A stretch of DNA of 64,000 nucleotides, taken from the IMG/VR virus record IMGVR_UViG_3300033156_000587, positions 5,484 to 69,483 of that record. One strand, 5' to 3'. Shown here in pieces: positions 10,458 to 20,524 of the stretch. Under the pieces are notes generated by a model. That model saw only the letters and a program-made list of their open reading frames with translations. It was not told where the DNA came from and searched no databases. A program made the position numbers and the translations under genes. The DNA is from a virus. The number at the start of each line of letters is the position of its first letter. The stretch's first letter is position 1.

Positions 10458-11540
10458 TTACGGCTCCGAGAAGATTCCCATCTCAGCTTCGTTGACTGCG
10501 GTATAGTCGGCCCAAGGAGAACCCGTGCTCGGGTCCTCCGTGAATCTATGCCACACGATACCCCAAGAACCCTCTAAGTCCTTACCCGGGCTGAGCAGAG
10601 AGGCTCCTGGGCCTCGCCGGACTGCCAACCTGAGCTGAGTGGACGCCGCAGAATTGGTCTTCTCTGCACGCGCCACCACAATCAAAGCTTCGATTGAATT
10701 TGATGCGGCAATCGTAGAAGCTGCGATCTCTTGACCGTAGTAGAAGTCAACAGCACTCGGCACGAAACTTGAGACATACGTCGCCGAGTCATCCGCTGTG
10801 CCACTGGCCCAATCGTCAACCGCCTCTACGTTAACGCTTGCACCTGTAACGTCCCAGTTTGAACTAGCGCCTGCAGAACTAGCCGGGATCGGAAGGAATC
10901 GACGATCTGGTGGCGATTCATAAGCAGATGCCCCATCCACGGTATCCACGTAAACGTCATCAATCCAAAAATACTGGGCTCCAAGGCTGTTCGTAGGCAG
11001 GTATGGGACATAGACACTTTCCACCCTTGACCCCGTGCCCGTGGTGTCACCCTCATATAGAAGCTCAAGAATCCCGTCCACATAAACGGCTGCCCAACCG
11101 GAAGCAGCGACCTTCCAGTCTACTCCGATCCGCACGTAGTCCTCGACGCCATTTGCAGCGCTGAAAATCCGCGAGCCAGTCGCGACTCGGGAGCCAGCCA
11201 CTTCGAGGAACAACATCCAAGAAGGCGAACACCGAACGCCGCCGATCACGTCGCCTGTATCATCTGTGATTCTGACAATGTAAGGACAAGGAGTCGTCCC
11301 GATGCTCTCGCCCGCTATCCCGGTGGCCATCCAGAATAGACCCACCCGGACGTGACTTGCAGAAAGCCCATTTATCCGAGCATAAACATCACTAGAAAAA
11401 TCCTTCACCCGTAACGCATAAGATCCCGTCTTGGGAGAACTCGAATCCGCGACCAAATTGTTTGGAGTTCCTCGAACCGGGATCTCATCATTGTCTGCCG
11501 TCTCAAACCCTGCCTGCCAAAACCTGGCAATGGTGGTCAT
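10458..11540 (-). CDS. Tail protein with lectin-like beta-sandwich
   Basis: 360 aa; AGFE...TGSYALR...VYVDG...WIDDVYV. Confidence 0.6.
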   Translation of the reverse strand: MTTIARFWQAGFETADNDEIPVRGTPNNLVADSSSPKTGSYALRVKDFSSDVYARINGLSASHVRVGLFWMATGIAGESIGTTPCPYIVRITDDTGDVIGGVRCSPSWMLFLEVAGSRVATGSRIFSAANGVEDYVRIGVDWKVAASGWAAVYVDGILELLYEGDTTGTGSRVESVYVPYLPTNSLGAQYFWIDDVYVDTVDGASAYESPPDRRFLPIPASSAGASSNWDVTGASVNVEAVDDWASGTADDSATYVSSFVPSAVDFYYGQEIAASTIAASNSIEALIVVARAEKTNSAASTQLRLAVRRGPGASLLSPGKDLEGSWGIVWHRFTEDPSTGSPWADYTAVNEAEMGIFSEP

Positions 11541-11556
11541 ACACGCCTCCCCTACA

Positions 11557-13989
11557 TCAGAGGACTAATTGAGCTTCCAGCTCTTTAAAAGCTTCGAGAA
11601 CCGCCTCGTAGGCAGCCTCCCTCGCGGACTCTGGAGTGCCGCCCGAAATGTAGACGTTCACGTTATAAGTCGGCCCGGACGGAGCGGTAGCGTAAGCCGG
11701 AACCGGTTGTAAGGCCATGCCACGAATCAAGGATCGGAGCTCACGGAACGCGTCGGTCACCCCTCGCACTGAGGTTTCAAATGGCGAGGGGCTTCCAGGC
11801 TGGAAGGGACCAAGCTTCGCACCCTTTAGAAGCCCCATCCTCGCGATAATGCCACCAAGTGCTTCTACTAAATCGCCCGCGAGCCCTGCTAAGCCGGAAA
11901 GCATTTCCTCGAATTTCTTTCCCGGGTCCTCAACGAAGTCCTTTATGCCTTTGACGACGTTCTCGATCGCCTTTGCAACCTTCTCTAACCAATCCGCGAG
12001 CCTCTTTGCGAGCGTCAAGCTTGGAAACAGGCGTCGGATCAGGAGTGCCAAGGAGCTAGCGAAGTTCGAAGCCATTTCGCCAACAAAAATGAAGCCTTCT
12101 AGAAGTAATCCTAGAGCACCCCGAAGCCGATCCGCGGCGGTTGCGCCCTCGAACAATCGCAAGAAATGTAGCGCAACTCTCTGCATGTGCTCGCCAACCA
12201 TTTGGCCAAATTGGCCAATGATGTCTGCTAAGGTCCAGACAGAGAACCCAACCCAGAAAAGAGCCTGTTCGCCGACCGTCTTAAACCAGAGAATCCAAGA
12301 CGCAATCTTGATGATGTGCTGGGCCATTTTCTGCTTGTTGACTTTCCACTGGTAGTTGAGCCAACCGATGATGGCCCCTAAGGCGAGCATCGCTGCAATT
12401 CCGAGCGGAATATTGCCCGTGATTAACGCGATCAGCCCGCCTATGATCGCCCCCCAAAACGCGCCTTTGATCGCAGAATCCACCTTTTCCCAGCTCTCGT
12501 TGAACCGTTCTAAAGCGCTAGATGCCTGCTCGCTCTGCTCCGGCGTCTTCCCGAACAGCAAGCCGATGACTGTACCGACTTGGTCTGCGATATCGGAGAT
12601 GGTCCCTTTTAGGTTTTCCCAGAACTTGAGGATCTCCCCCGCGTTCTCTGGGAGGAGCCCCTTTATGAAATCGAAGAAAAGTTGTTTGATAGTCTCAAAC
12701 GGGTTCTCGGATTCCCGAATCTTGTCTAGAATCTCCTTTAGCCTGTCGCGGACAGACTCCAATTTGCTTGCTACCGCCTTTCCCTTTTCTTTGAGTTTGT
12801 CGAAGATGCCAATTTCAAGCGCGAAATCTCTGATAGTCTTAAGCATGTCACCTAGGACATCCAAGATAGGCGAGAAGAACTCATACACTCCCAGCCGGAG
12901 CATCTCTTTAAGGGAGTTAATCAGGATCGGGAACGTGCCCGACATTTGTTCTGCGGCCTGAGACGTGAGCGAGAAATAGCCCTGAAGTGTTTCAAAGACC
13001 AGTTCAGCGGGGATTGCGCCCTGTTCGACGAGTTTCATGACTTCTTCGCGGGACTTGCCGAGCTTGTCAGCGAGGAGATCCAGGATTGGGATGTTAACGT
13101 TCGCCAACTGGTAAATCTCCTGAGCCGCGAGTCGGCCACGGGAGGCGATGTCGCCCATGACCTTGACCATGCGTTTCATCTCGGGCTCAGTCTTACCCGT
13201 GGCGACTGCGAAGTCTACCATGCCGGGGACGAGCTCCTTGAGCGTCTCCAGCGGCATACCGACCGCGAAGCCATATTGGTACGCCGACGCAATTACACTG
13301 GCAGGTACGCCGCGCATAATCGCGAGCTTCCGGGTTTCGTCCCAGACCGCGGCCACGTCTTCTTGGACTAGGCTCAGGGCCTCGGAGTAAGACGTCGTTG
13401 GTTTCATGACTCGCTTAGTGATCGCGATCTGCTTGCCTTCCAGCGCATTTAGTCGGGCCAGCTCGGCCTCGGCCTCTTGGAGTTTCTGGGTCAGGACCTC
13501 CTGCTGAACCTGCATCTTTTCGAGACGGGCTTGGGCCGTCTTCGTCGCGAGCCCTTGCTCGGTCCACTTATTTTTCATTTCCCAGACACGCTGGGCCTGC
13601 TCCTGCATCCGGGCGTTGAGCAGATTAAGGTCAGCGCGATATTGTTTGATCTGAGTGCGGAGTTTCTCACGCCTTTCGAGCTCCTCTTTCGTAAGCCGCC
13701 TGATCTTCGTTCCAACCTTAACCTCTTCCCACTGCGCGGATGTATACATTTTCTGCACGGCAAGAAGCGCGGTCATGCCGCGCTCGACCAGCATGTAGGA
13801 GCTGGCGATATCGATACCGGCGCGGGCAAGGCCAATCGCGCTCTTAATACCGCGTTCCATCATGCGCGCAACCGCCACACCCGCAGCAACTTCTCCCACG
13901 CGCTGCAAACTTCCCGCGATACCGCGTAAGACGCTGGAGGCCTTATCTCTTGCAATAACCTCGATTACAGCCGTCGCTCGAGGACTCAT
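11557..13989 (-). CDS. Tape measure protein
   Basis: 810 aa helical/coiled-coil; IEVIARDKAS start, GRLAAQEIYQLAN.NIP tape-measure domain, hydrophobic segment, SPS motif near the end. Confidence 0.9.
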   Translation of the reverse strand: MSPRATAVIEVIARDKASSVLRGIAGSLQRVGEVAAGVAVARMMERGIKSAIGLARAGIDIASSYMLVERGMTALLAVQKMYTSAQWEEVKVGTKIRRLTKEELERREKLRTQIKQYRADLNLLNARMQEQAQRVWEMKNKWTEQGLATKTAQARLEKMQVQQEVLTQKLQEAEAELARLNALEGKQIAITKRVMKPTTSYSEALSLVQEDVAAVWDETRKLAIMRGVPASVIASAYQYGFAVGMPLETLKELVPGMVDFAVATGKTEPEMKRMVKVMGDIASRGRLAAQEIYQLANVNIPILDLLADKLGKSREEVMKLVEQGAIPAELVFETLQGYFSLTSQAAEQMSGTFPILINSLKEMLRLGVYEFFSPILDVLGDMLKTIRDFALEIGIFDKLKEKGKAVASKLESVRDRLKEILDKIRESENPFETIKQLFFDFIKGLLPENAGEILKFWENLKGTISDIADQVGTVIGLLFGKTPEQSEQASSALERFNESWEKVDSAIKGAFWGAIIGGLIALITGNIPLGIAAMLALGAIIGWLNYQWKVNKQKMAQHIIKIASWILWFKTVGEQALFWVGFSVWTLADIIGQFGQMVGEHMQRVALHFLRLFEGATAADRLRGALGLLLEGFIFVGEMASNFASSLALLIRRLFPSLTLAKRLADWLEKVAKAIENVVKGIKDFVEDPGKKFEEMLSGLAGLAGDLVEALGGIIARMGLLKGAKLGPFQPGSPSPFETSVRGVTDAFRELRSLIRGMALQPVPAYATAPSGPTYNVNVYISGGTPESAREAAYEAVLEAFKELEAQLVL

Positions 13990-14224
13990 CGACGTCTCCT
14001 AATCCTTGGCCCTATTCGCTGCTTGGCCTTGATCTCTGACTTCCTGGCTAAAGTGGACTCATATAGGGCTAACGCGGAGAACATGCACAAGAGTTCATCC
14101 GCGTCTTCGTCCCGGAGCTCGCTTGGCTTGATCCCGAATTCCTTGCAGATCTGGGCCTTTACCAAGACCCACGGCGCTGGCGCATTTACCCAGGCCGCGG
14201 CAACGATGTCTCTTCGAGTTTTGG
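13986..14224 (-). CDS. Tail assembly chaperone frameshift extension (gpGT-like)
   Basis: -1 frame after C CCA AAA reads ...AQICKEFGIKPSELRDED...RRRR*; its stop overlaps the tape measure ATG. Confidence 0.8.
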
Positions 14225-14527
14225 GGTCAGCTTGCCCATCCTGTCGGTGACCTTGTCTACGATCTGAAATAGAAGATCGATAGGCAATTTACGAATCGCC
14301 TCAGCGCTCGGTTTTCCGAGAGACTTTCCTTCCTCGTCCACGAAGTTCCAGTTCTTGATCAAAAATGCGAGCACGGCGTAGACCTTTTCCGGTTCGCCGG
14401 ATTGCAGGTCATCGAGGACACCGACTGGGGGGTTCACCCGCGCGGTGAACTCCCAGCCCTCGTAATCGCCATCCAGTCGGAAAGTTTCCAGCTTGATTGG
14501 CATCCTGCGTTTCACGGTCATGACCAC
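14186..14527 (-). CDS. Tail assembly chaperone (gpG-like)
   Basis: LIKNWNFVDEEG motif; lies between the tail tube and tape measure genes. Confidence 0.85.
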   Translation of the reverse strand: MVMTVKRRMPIKLETFRLDGDYEGWEFTARVNPPVGVLDDLQSGEPEKVYAVLAFLIKNWNFVDEEGKSLGKPSAEAIRKLPIDLLFQIVDKVTDRMGKLTPKLEETSLPRPG

Positions 14528-14940
14528 GTCCCCCTCGTAAGAGAGCCGGATCGGGCTACAAAGGTTGCCGAGAACGTGACCGCTTCCTCAAGCTCTACAC
14601 CGATTTCGTAGGACTGGAGGATCGCACAGGCGGAATACTGCGTTTTGCCCGAGTCAGATCCACCAGGTCCTAGGAAGATCATGGTAGACCCGCCCAGAAT
14701 ACCGCCCAGGATCTCATCGATCTCGCCGGAATCACCACCCCAGAAACCGTCGAAACTGAGCTCCCAGTCTTGGATGCCATCTGGAAGCCGTTCCCGATTG
14801 ATGTTCCCGAAGGTGGTCACTTCCGGCGTTTCGGCTTCCCAACTGAGCGAGATCGAGTTACCCCAGCCAGTTATCGACTGACTGGCACCGGTGGAATCCA
14901 GGATATAGAGCGAGACATTGTTCCCGTTAGACTTCGGCAT
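14518..14940 (-). CDS. Major tail tube protein
   Basis: EVTTFG...GIQDWELSFDGFW...VTFSATF..SGSLTRGT. Confidence 0.85.
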   Translation of the reverse strand: MPKSNGNNVSLYILDSTGASQSITGWGNSISLSWEAETPEVTTFGNINRERLPDGIQDWELSFDGFWGGDSGEIDEILGGILGGSTMIFLGPGGSDSGKTQYSACAILQSYEIGVELEEAVTFSATFVARSGSLTRGTWS

Positions 14941-14954
14941 GGTTCACCTCCTTA

Positions 14955-15371
14955 TCAATAGCTCACCGCTGTAATAGAGATTCGGACCGGAACCCAGAGC
15001 CTGCCTCTAACCTCGAAGGCTTCGCCTAGCTCTCGGTCCACTGTGACACTGCTCAATCTGTCTACCGTTCCCTGAAGCGTCGGATCGCTTTCCAGAGACT
15101 GAACAGCTTTATCCGTAACTTCCAAGATCCGGTTCATCACATCCAGAGGATTCCCGGTATCCATGACGTAAGCCACGACGTCAAATGTCCAGCTCGTCGC
15201 GAACTGACCGAACTGGTGAGGAAACTTCTCGCAGCCGCGTAACTCGACGATCGCGGCCCATTGATCCCTCCGGCCGATGATATCGTAGGTCTTCGAGATC
15301 CTGTCTCCCAGCGCCGAGGCCGCGCTAAGGTTCACGACAATAGCATCGGCAATTTCCTGGGCTGTACTCAT
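14955..15371 (-). CDS. Tail terminator/completion protein
   Basis: LESDPTLQGTV motif; sits just upstream of the tail tube gene. Confidence 0.7.
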   Translation of the reverse strand: MSTAQEIADAIVVNLSAASALGDRISKTYDIIGRRDQWAAIVELRGCEKFPHQFGQFATSWTFDVVAYVMDTGNPLDVMNRILEVTDKAVQSLESDPTLQGTVDRLSSVTVDRELGEAFEVRGRLWVPVRISITAVSY

Positions 15372-15844
15372 GGGTCTCTTCTCCGAAATTCTCTCAGAAC
15401 AGCCTCCGCGATAGTATCAGGGCCGCCGAGACGGGCAAGAGCTCGCAAGTGATACGGGTTAGGCCTTGTCCCCGGGTGTTTCTTAACATAGGCGATTGGT
15501 CTCTCCAAGCCGGGCCACCAGAGCGCCCGTTTCGTTTTCGGGAAGATGGGATGTGGTCTCGTCCCGAGGCGAACGAACTTCCCGTACGATACTCCTTCCG
15601 TGATCACGAACCGATCCTTACCGCGCCAGTCAACTCTAAGAGAATCGCGCAACTTTCCCGTGCGAACTGGGGCCTCCTCTTTCGTGAGATCGAGGAGCTG
15701 CCTCGCGGCGTCCTTCGATCCCACGTAGAAGAGATCGGGAATGGACGAGTTGAGCCACTGGACTAGGGGTCCGATGTTTCTAGTCCTCGCCCTGATCCCG
15801 AAGAGACCACCAACGGCTCGCTTCAGCTTTGACCAGAATGGCAT
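15368..15844 (-). CDS. HK97 gp10-like neck/tail completion protein
   Basis: APVRTGKLRDS...YGKFVRLGTRPH...HPGTRPNPY; start 15844 with GAGGG RBS. Confidence 0.8.
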   Translation of the reverse strand: MPFWSKLKRAVGGLFGIRARTRNIGPLVQWLNSSIPDLFYVGSKDAARQLLDLTKEEAPVRTGKLRDSLRVDWRGKDRFVITEGVSYGKFVRLGTRPHPIFPKTKRALWWPGLERPIAYVKKHPGTRPNPYHLRALARLGGPDTIAEAVLREFRRRDP

Positions 15845-16947
15845 AATTCCCTCACCCAGCTCGCGACGCGCTTCGTTGACATTCCATCCAAAGGACCGGA
15901 GAAGACGGAAAGCGCGTCTCGGCTTGGCGGCATCCCGCCCAGAGCCAGAGACATTATTTGCTCCCCGCTTGGCTTCTCGAACCAATGGACCCCGTGCATC
16001 GGGAACGGAGCAGCGTGGCAGGCTACAGGTTTCCCAAGGGCTGCCGCCTCGATCACGACGTTGCTCGGGCCAAACGTAATCACGAGGTCTGACGCCGTGA
16101 GCACATATGGCAGATGGGCCGCCGTCACGATCGCTCTAATCTCGGACTCAGCGACTGCCTGTGCGTACCTCTGGCCGTCGGTCTGAGATGGATGTAGCTT
16201 CACGATGAGCAAGATCGGCGTGTTCTTGACCGCTTCCAGGAACTCCAGGAAATGACTGAACGGATCGACCGAAGCCCCTTCCTCGGACGTCTTTTGCGCC
16301 CAAGAGGTAGCATAGGTCACGACTAGCGCGTCAGGCGGGATATGTAGTAACTTCCTGGCCCGCTCCTTTGAGACATTCCATCTTGCAATCCAGTCCCAGC
16401 GAGGTGCGCCGGTGATCTGAATCTCCGAGTCTCCCGTCCGCTCGTGATACCACCGAGCTTGATACGGGCTTGCTGCCGCGATATGGGATGCGGTCACGAT
16501 ATCGTGGATGTCTGATCCCAAAGGCCCGCGCCAAGGGTGGTCCACATAGACCGCGTGAGGGACATGGACACAAGGGACTCCCCTTGCCCGTGCCCACATG
16601 GCTGCAAGCCTCGTCGTGGGCTCCACATCGTTATGGAGAACCACAACATCGGGTTTTGCCCTGTCCAAGGCGACCACGTTTGGCAGGAAATGCGCAACCC
16701 TCGTGATCACAAATCCTGCAGCCTCGGCGCTCAGGACCGCGCCGTTCATCGACTTTGAAGCCGCGTGAATCCAGGTCCAGATCTCAGGCCAGTCTTCTCG
16801 CTGGAAGAACTCCGAGATATCCTTTACCGGGAGATCTGCGTCCAGGAGCGCTTTCCCGACGCCTCGGAATAGGGTCACGTATTCATCGGCCCGGATAGCC
16901 TTCGCGATTTCCAGGAACGCAGGTCCTCCGGAAATCAGGACTCGCAT
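15823..16947 (-). CDS. GT-B fold glycosyltransferase (capsule-polymerase/sialyltransferase-like)
   Basis: VHVPHA, ITGAPRWD, IVKLHPS, SNVVIEAAALGKPV motifs. Confidence 0.75.
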   Translation of the reverse strand: MRVLISGGPAFLEIAKAIRADEYVTLFRGVGKALLDADLPVKDISEFFQREDWPEIWTWIHAASKSMNGAVLSAEAAGFVITRVAHFLPNVVALDRAKPDVVVLHNDVEPTTRLAAMWARARGVPCVHVPHAVYVDHPWRGPLGSDIHDIVTASHIAAASPYQARWYHERTGDSEIQITGAPRWDWIARWNVSKERARKLLHIPPDALVVTYATSWAQKTSEEGASVDPFSHFLEFLEAVKNTPILLIVKLHPSQTDGQRYAQAVAESEIRAIVTAAHLPYVLTASDLVITFGPSNVVIEAAALGKPVACHAAPFPMHGVHWFEKPSGEQIMSLALGGMPPSRDALSVFSGPLDGMSTKRVASWVRELCHSGQS

Positions 16948-16980
16948 ACCAAGCCTCGCTCGTTCAATAATTGTATCAGC

Positions 16981-18213
16981 TCATAACTCAGGCACTTGGC
17001 AATGGGAATATCCCGAAACTGGGGGAAGGTCTCTAACCACATTTCGGACGACCACAGGACTCCCTTTCGGATCTCGTCCTGGTTCGCGATCCCAATTGAC
17101 GTAGACGACGCCTGGGAGCCTTCCTCTTTCGGCTTGCGCGTTCTCTTTGATCCCGCCATAGACCCTCCGGTACGTGTCCAATTGTCGGTCAATGAACCAC
17201 TGATGGGCAAATTCCCGGCGCTCCTCGGCAGTACGCTGCTCCGTATCCAAGTTATCGAGGATTTCGGAGATAGCTGAGATCCAGTTGTCCGGGTGATTCC
17301 TGATCAACCTGCCCAAGCCTTGGAGGTCTCGATATGGCTCGCCACTGGTGCCAACCCAAGGGACGCCAGCGAGCAGATACTCCAAGCCCTTGATCCAGGA
17401 TCGGCGCTGGTCGTAGGGACCAAATAGCGGCGCTACGCCGATATCGAAGGATCGGACGACTTTAGGCCAGTCATTCGGTGGGACCCCGCGAACCGCGAGC
17501 TTTTGGTTCTCCGGAACCGGAAGCTGGTCCGCGATCCTGGGGTCGTTACCGCAGATGACCCAGATGACTTCGGGGTATCGCCGGGCAATCACAGCCGCGG
17601 CCTCCCTCAGACCAGAGCCCCACCAGGAATCGTAGTGGGAGACCGATCCGCCCCAGCCGATGACGATCCTTCCCTCCACGCCAAGCCGCTTCTTGACTTC
17701 CTCTCGGTTCGGGAGGTCAATCCACCACTCACGGCGGGCGAAGTTGGGAAGGTAATACCCGGGAACGCAATGTGCCCAGTCGGCGAGAAGCGCCCGGTTC
17801 GGTGCCGTAAGTCCGTCGCAAATTGAGAGCGCTCGCTCTAGCCACATCAGAGCTTCTCCATGGTTCCGCTCATGCCAGAACCTGTGAGCCGGATTGGACC
17901 ACGGAAGAATGTGGTAGGCATCGTCCAGGTCAATCGCGACTGGCTTGCCCATGCCCTGCCAATATTGGATCGCGTCAATGGCTTGCTGATTGATGGCGTT
18001 CCTCTGGAGGATGATGATGTCTGCGGGCGCGAGCCAGTTCTGGACCGCAGGCGAGAGGAATTCGAAAAACCCGGATACGTGGATTAGCTTCGCCTCCCAG
18101 CCCTGGGTCCGGTTCATCGCGTCTGCGACCGTCTTGCAACGCCACTCGCTACAATTCCACTCGGCTAAGTAGGCGAGTCGGCATAAATGAATACGACTCG
18201 CACTGATTATCAC
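16981..18213 (-). CDS. Family 4-like glycosyltransferase (N-terminus possibly frameshifted)
   Basis: IILQR, DLDD, IGWGGSVSH, FDIGVAPL, RSWIKGLEYLLAGVPWV. Confidence 0.8.
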   Translation of the reverse strand: MIISASRIHLCRLAYLAEWNCSEWRCKTVADAMNRTQGWEAKLIHVSGFFEFLSPAVQNWLAPADIIILQRNAINQQAIDAIQYWQGMGKPVAIDLDDAYHILPWSNPAHRFWHERNHGEALMWLERALSICDGLTAPNRALLADWAHCVPGYYLPNFARREWWIDLPNREEVKKRLGVEGRIVIGWGGSVSHYDSWWGSGLREAAAVIARRYPEVIWVICGNDPRIADQLPVPENQKLAVRGVPPNDWPKVVRSFDIGVAPLFGPYDQRRSWIKGLEYLLAGVPWVGTSGEPYRDLQGLGRLIRNHPDNWISAISEILDNLDTEQRTAEERREFAHQWFIDRQLDTYRRVYGGIKENAQAERGRLPGVVYVNWDREPGRDPKGSPVVVRNVVRDLPPVSGYSHCQVPEL

Positions 18214-18219
18214 CCCCTC

Positions 18220-18738
18220 TCAAGATGCTGTAATAGTCCAAGACCTAATTGTTCCCGGGTATGCGAACTGCCCTCGCCTGAACCTCGGCGGGACTCGGTC
18301 CGTATCTTCGTCCCAAGTATTCTTGTCAGACTCAGATATACCGCCAGCGTAGAGGACCCGTGTCGCGTTCTTGGATAAGCCCATCGCAGAGAGGTCCATC
18401 TTCCGAAGCCTCTCTAGCTCGTTCCAGAATCTCTCGTCCAGATACTCCGCCCGGGTCCGTTCCTCGGGTGAAAGGGACACGTTCATACGGGAGAGTTCGG
18501 CTTGCGCGGCGGCGTACAGAGCGTTTAGATGTTTCAGGAACGACCATGCTGCGGTCGCGGACCCGGGCGGAGGGTCGTAACCCCAGCTCTCAAGATGCCC
18601 CTCCAGAATCCCACAGCCAGTGGAGAGCCAAGTCTCCACTTCGGTGTCCGTGGGAGACGTGGAGGGGCCGAAATTGGCTTCTCCTCCTAAGAGCTGAGGG
18701 GTCAAGGCCGCGACATCGGACGCGCTCGCGTAGGCCAT
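18220..18738 (-). CDS. Head-tail adaptor protein
   Basis: MAYASASDV start, helical, downstream of the capsid genes. Confidence 0.7.
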   Translation of the reverse strand: MAYASASDVAALTPQLLGGEANFGPSTSPTDTEVETWLSTGCGILEGHLESWGYDPPPGSATAAWSFLKHLNALYAAAQAELSRMNVSLSPEERTRAEYLDERFWNELERLRKMDLSAMGLSKNATRVLYAGGISESDKNTWDEDTDRVPPRFRRGQFAYPGTIRSWTITAS

Positions 18739-18750
18739 CAGGATCTCCTC

Positions 18751-19092
18751 TTACGACCAGGCGATATAGCCCAGCGTGAAGGTCGCGCTGGTCGAGATAT
18801 CGCCACCTGTCGGATTAAGGAACGATGCCGTGATCGTGTTTGCCGCAGTCACACTAGCCCCAGTGAGCACCATTTGCCCCTGATCGCTCGGCGACAGGAC
18901 CATTGCGATCAACTCAGCGTCAGCATCCAAGCCAGAGATGGTAGCCGAATTTGTCACAACGCTGGAGGCCGCAGCGGAAGGGCAGATGACGTCCACGGTC
19001 CCGAATAGGAGCTCGGACACGTAATCGCCGTCGCGCCCGACTTGGAGACCGCCTTGGGCGAGTGTCTTTCGCCGTTCCTTAGAAACAGGCAT
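18751..19092 (-). CDS. Small virion (head fibre/decoration-like) protein
   Basis: 113 aa, VTAANTITASFLNPTG; strong RBS. Confidence 0.55.
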   Translation of the reverse strand: MPVSKERRKTLAQGGLQVGRDGDYVSELLFGTVDVICPSAAASSVVTNSATISGLDADAELIAMVLSPSDQGQMVLTGASVTAANTITASFLNPTGGDISTSATFTLGYIAWS

Positions 19093-19170
19093 GACCCACC
19101 TCCTTTCTCTTTCAAAGGAAAGGGCCTGAGACCGCGCGCTCAGGAAGGTCTAACGACCCCCGGTTTCTCG

Positions 19171-20094
19171 TTAGACCGCGTTATAGATTACCGCACCAGC
19201 GTCAGAGGCTGTAATCACTTCATCAACGCTGTGTTCAGCCTCGATGACGTCCTGGTGCTCCTGTTCCTCGCGGTAGGTCCGAACCCGGCGGGTCTTCCAT
19301 TCCAGGATATATCCCGCAGCGGGCTCCATGAGCGCCGGATTGCGCGGCACGTACCCGATCCAAGCGGCATCACCCCAGATGAACTGTCGGCTCGCAGACT
19401 CCCCTTCCTCGGCGGAATCGTAGAGAGCCGTACCGATTAGGAGCCGCTCCACGCCGAACAGGGTCTTCGCCTGGTCCGGGGTGATTACGCCAGTCGGGTT
19501 CGTGTATTTCAGCCGGTCCAGCAAATCGGGATGATTCCGCAGGTAGCGCCAGACTTCATAGCTGATGACCATGGTATTGGGCACACGCCCAATCCGCTGG
19601 ACAACGGCATCCTTTGCAGCCTCGATATCGCCGATAGGATCAGACGTGTCCTGCGTCCATTGGGTCGCAGGGGAGGCTGCATAGGCCCAGTTCGCGGAAC
19701 CCGTGACCAAGGCGGCTACGCGCCGTTCCTGTGCCCGCAAGAGCTGGTCCGTGACGAACTGCGTGGCTTCCACGTCAGGCTTCAGCGGAGCATCCGCGTT
19801 CTCTCGGACCTCGTCAGGCACGCCCTTCGCGATAGCATAAGTAACGCACACGTAACTCGCCGTGGAGATGGAGTAATCCGCGCGGGCCGCTCGCGTACCG
19901 GGAGCCCGGACTTTCACCTCATCGCGGAACCACGCTCCCGCGTCGAAGATGTAATAGTAGTCCGATTTCTTCTGGACGTTGAGACGCGGGAAGATGCTTT
20001 CCGCGATGTATTCAGGGTTCCGGTAGGCGATAGAGATCTGTGAGAGAGCTGCGTTTAGATGGACATCATGGACAGTTGGCCTAGGCATCTTCAA
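19171..20094 (-). CDS. Major capsid protein (HK97 fold)
   Basis: LSQISIAYRN..YIAESIFP, SDPIGDI, PNTMVIS..VW..LRNHP. Confidence 0.9.
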   Translation of the reverse strand: MKMPRPTVHDVHLNAALSQISIAYRNPEYIAESIFPRLNVQKKSDYYYIFDAGAWFRDEVKVRAPGTRAARADYSISTASYVCVTYAIAKGVPDEVRENADAPLKPDVEATQFVTDQLLRAQERRVAALVTGSANWAYAASPATQWTQDTSDPIGDIEAAKDAVVQRIGRVPNTMVISYEVWRYLRNHPDLLDRLKYTNPTGVITPDQAKTLFGVERLLIGTALYDSAEEGESASRQFIWGDAAWIGYVPRNPALMEPAAGYILEWKTRRVRTYREEQEHQDVIEAEHSVDEVITASDAGAVIYNAV

Positions 20095-20100
20095 CCTCCT

Positions 20101-20505
20101 TTACGGCGTGTTATCCGCGGTCTTCAGCGCGGCGGGCAACAGCATGACCTCGATCAGAACACCAGAACCGCTGGACAGGTCCTTGAGTGCGATGCCCGCG
20201 ACGTTGGAGCCAGTTGCCAAGACCGCCTGCCCATCGGAACCCGAGGTCACAAAGTCGCCGACGCCGATCGCGGAGGCCGCGTCCGCATAAACTTGGGTCA
20301 CGCCCAAGATGCGGACTTGCGCTGCCTCGCCATCCTCGGGATCATTCTGAAGCACGCCAAGTGGGACCGGGCTGGAGGCGCCTGTGGCGGCTCGAACGTA
20401 TCCCTCGTTGTTGGCGAGTTCGACGAAATGGTATTGCTTATCAGACAGATCACCCGATGCGGATAGGGTGCCGAAATCCCAGCCCCATCCTGAATAGGTC
20501 GCCAT
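20101..20505 (-). CDS. Capsid cement/decoration protein (DUF2190-like)
   Basis: GVLQNDP...A.VRILG...AIGVGDFVTSGSDGQA...GIAL. Confidence 0.75.
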   Translation of the reverse strand: MATYSGWGWDFGTLSASGDLSDKQYHFVELANNEGYVRAATGASSPVPLGVLQNDPEDGEAAQVRILGVTQVYADAASAIGVGDFVTSGSDGQAVLATGSNVAGIALKDLSSGSGVLIEVMLLPAALKTADNTP

Positions 20506-20524
20506 GACTCACCTCCTATGCGTA

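Noticed and set aside
18165-18167. TAG stop-codon reassignment
   Set aside because: Readthrough would not restore the frame, and several genes end normally in TAG (e.g. 6481, 21535, 31179)
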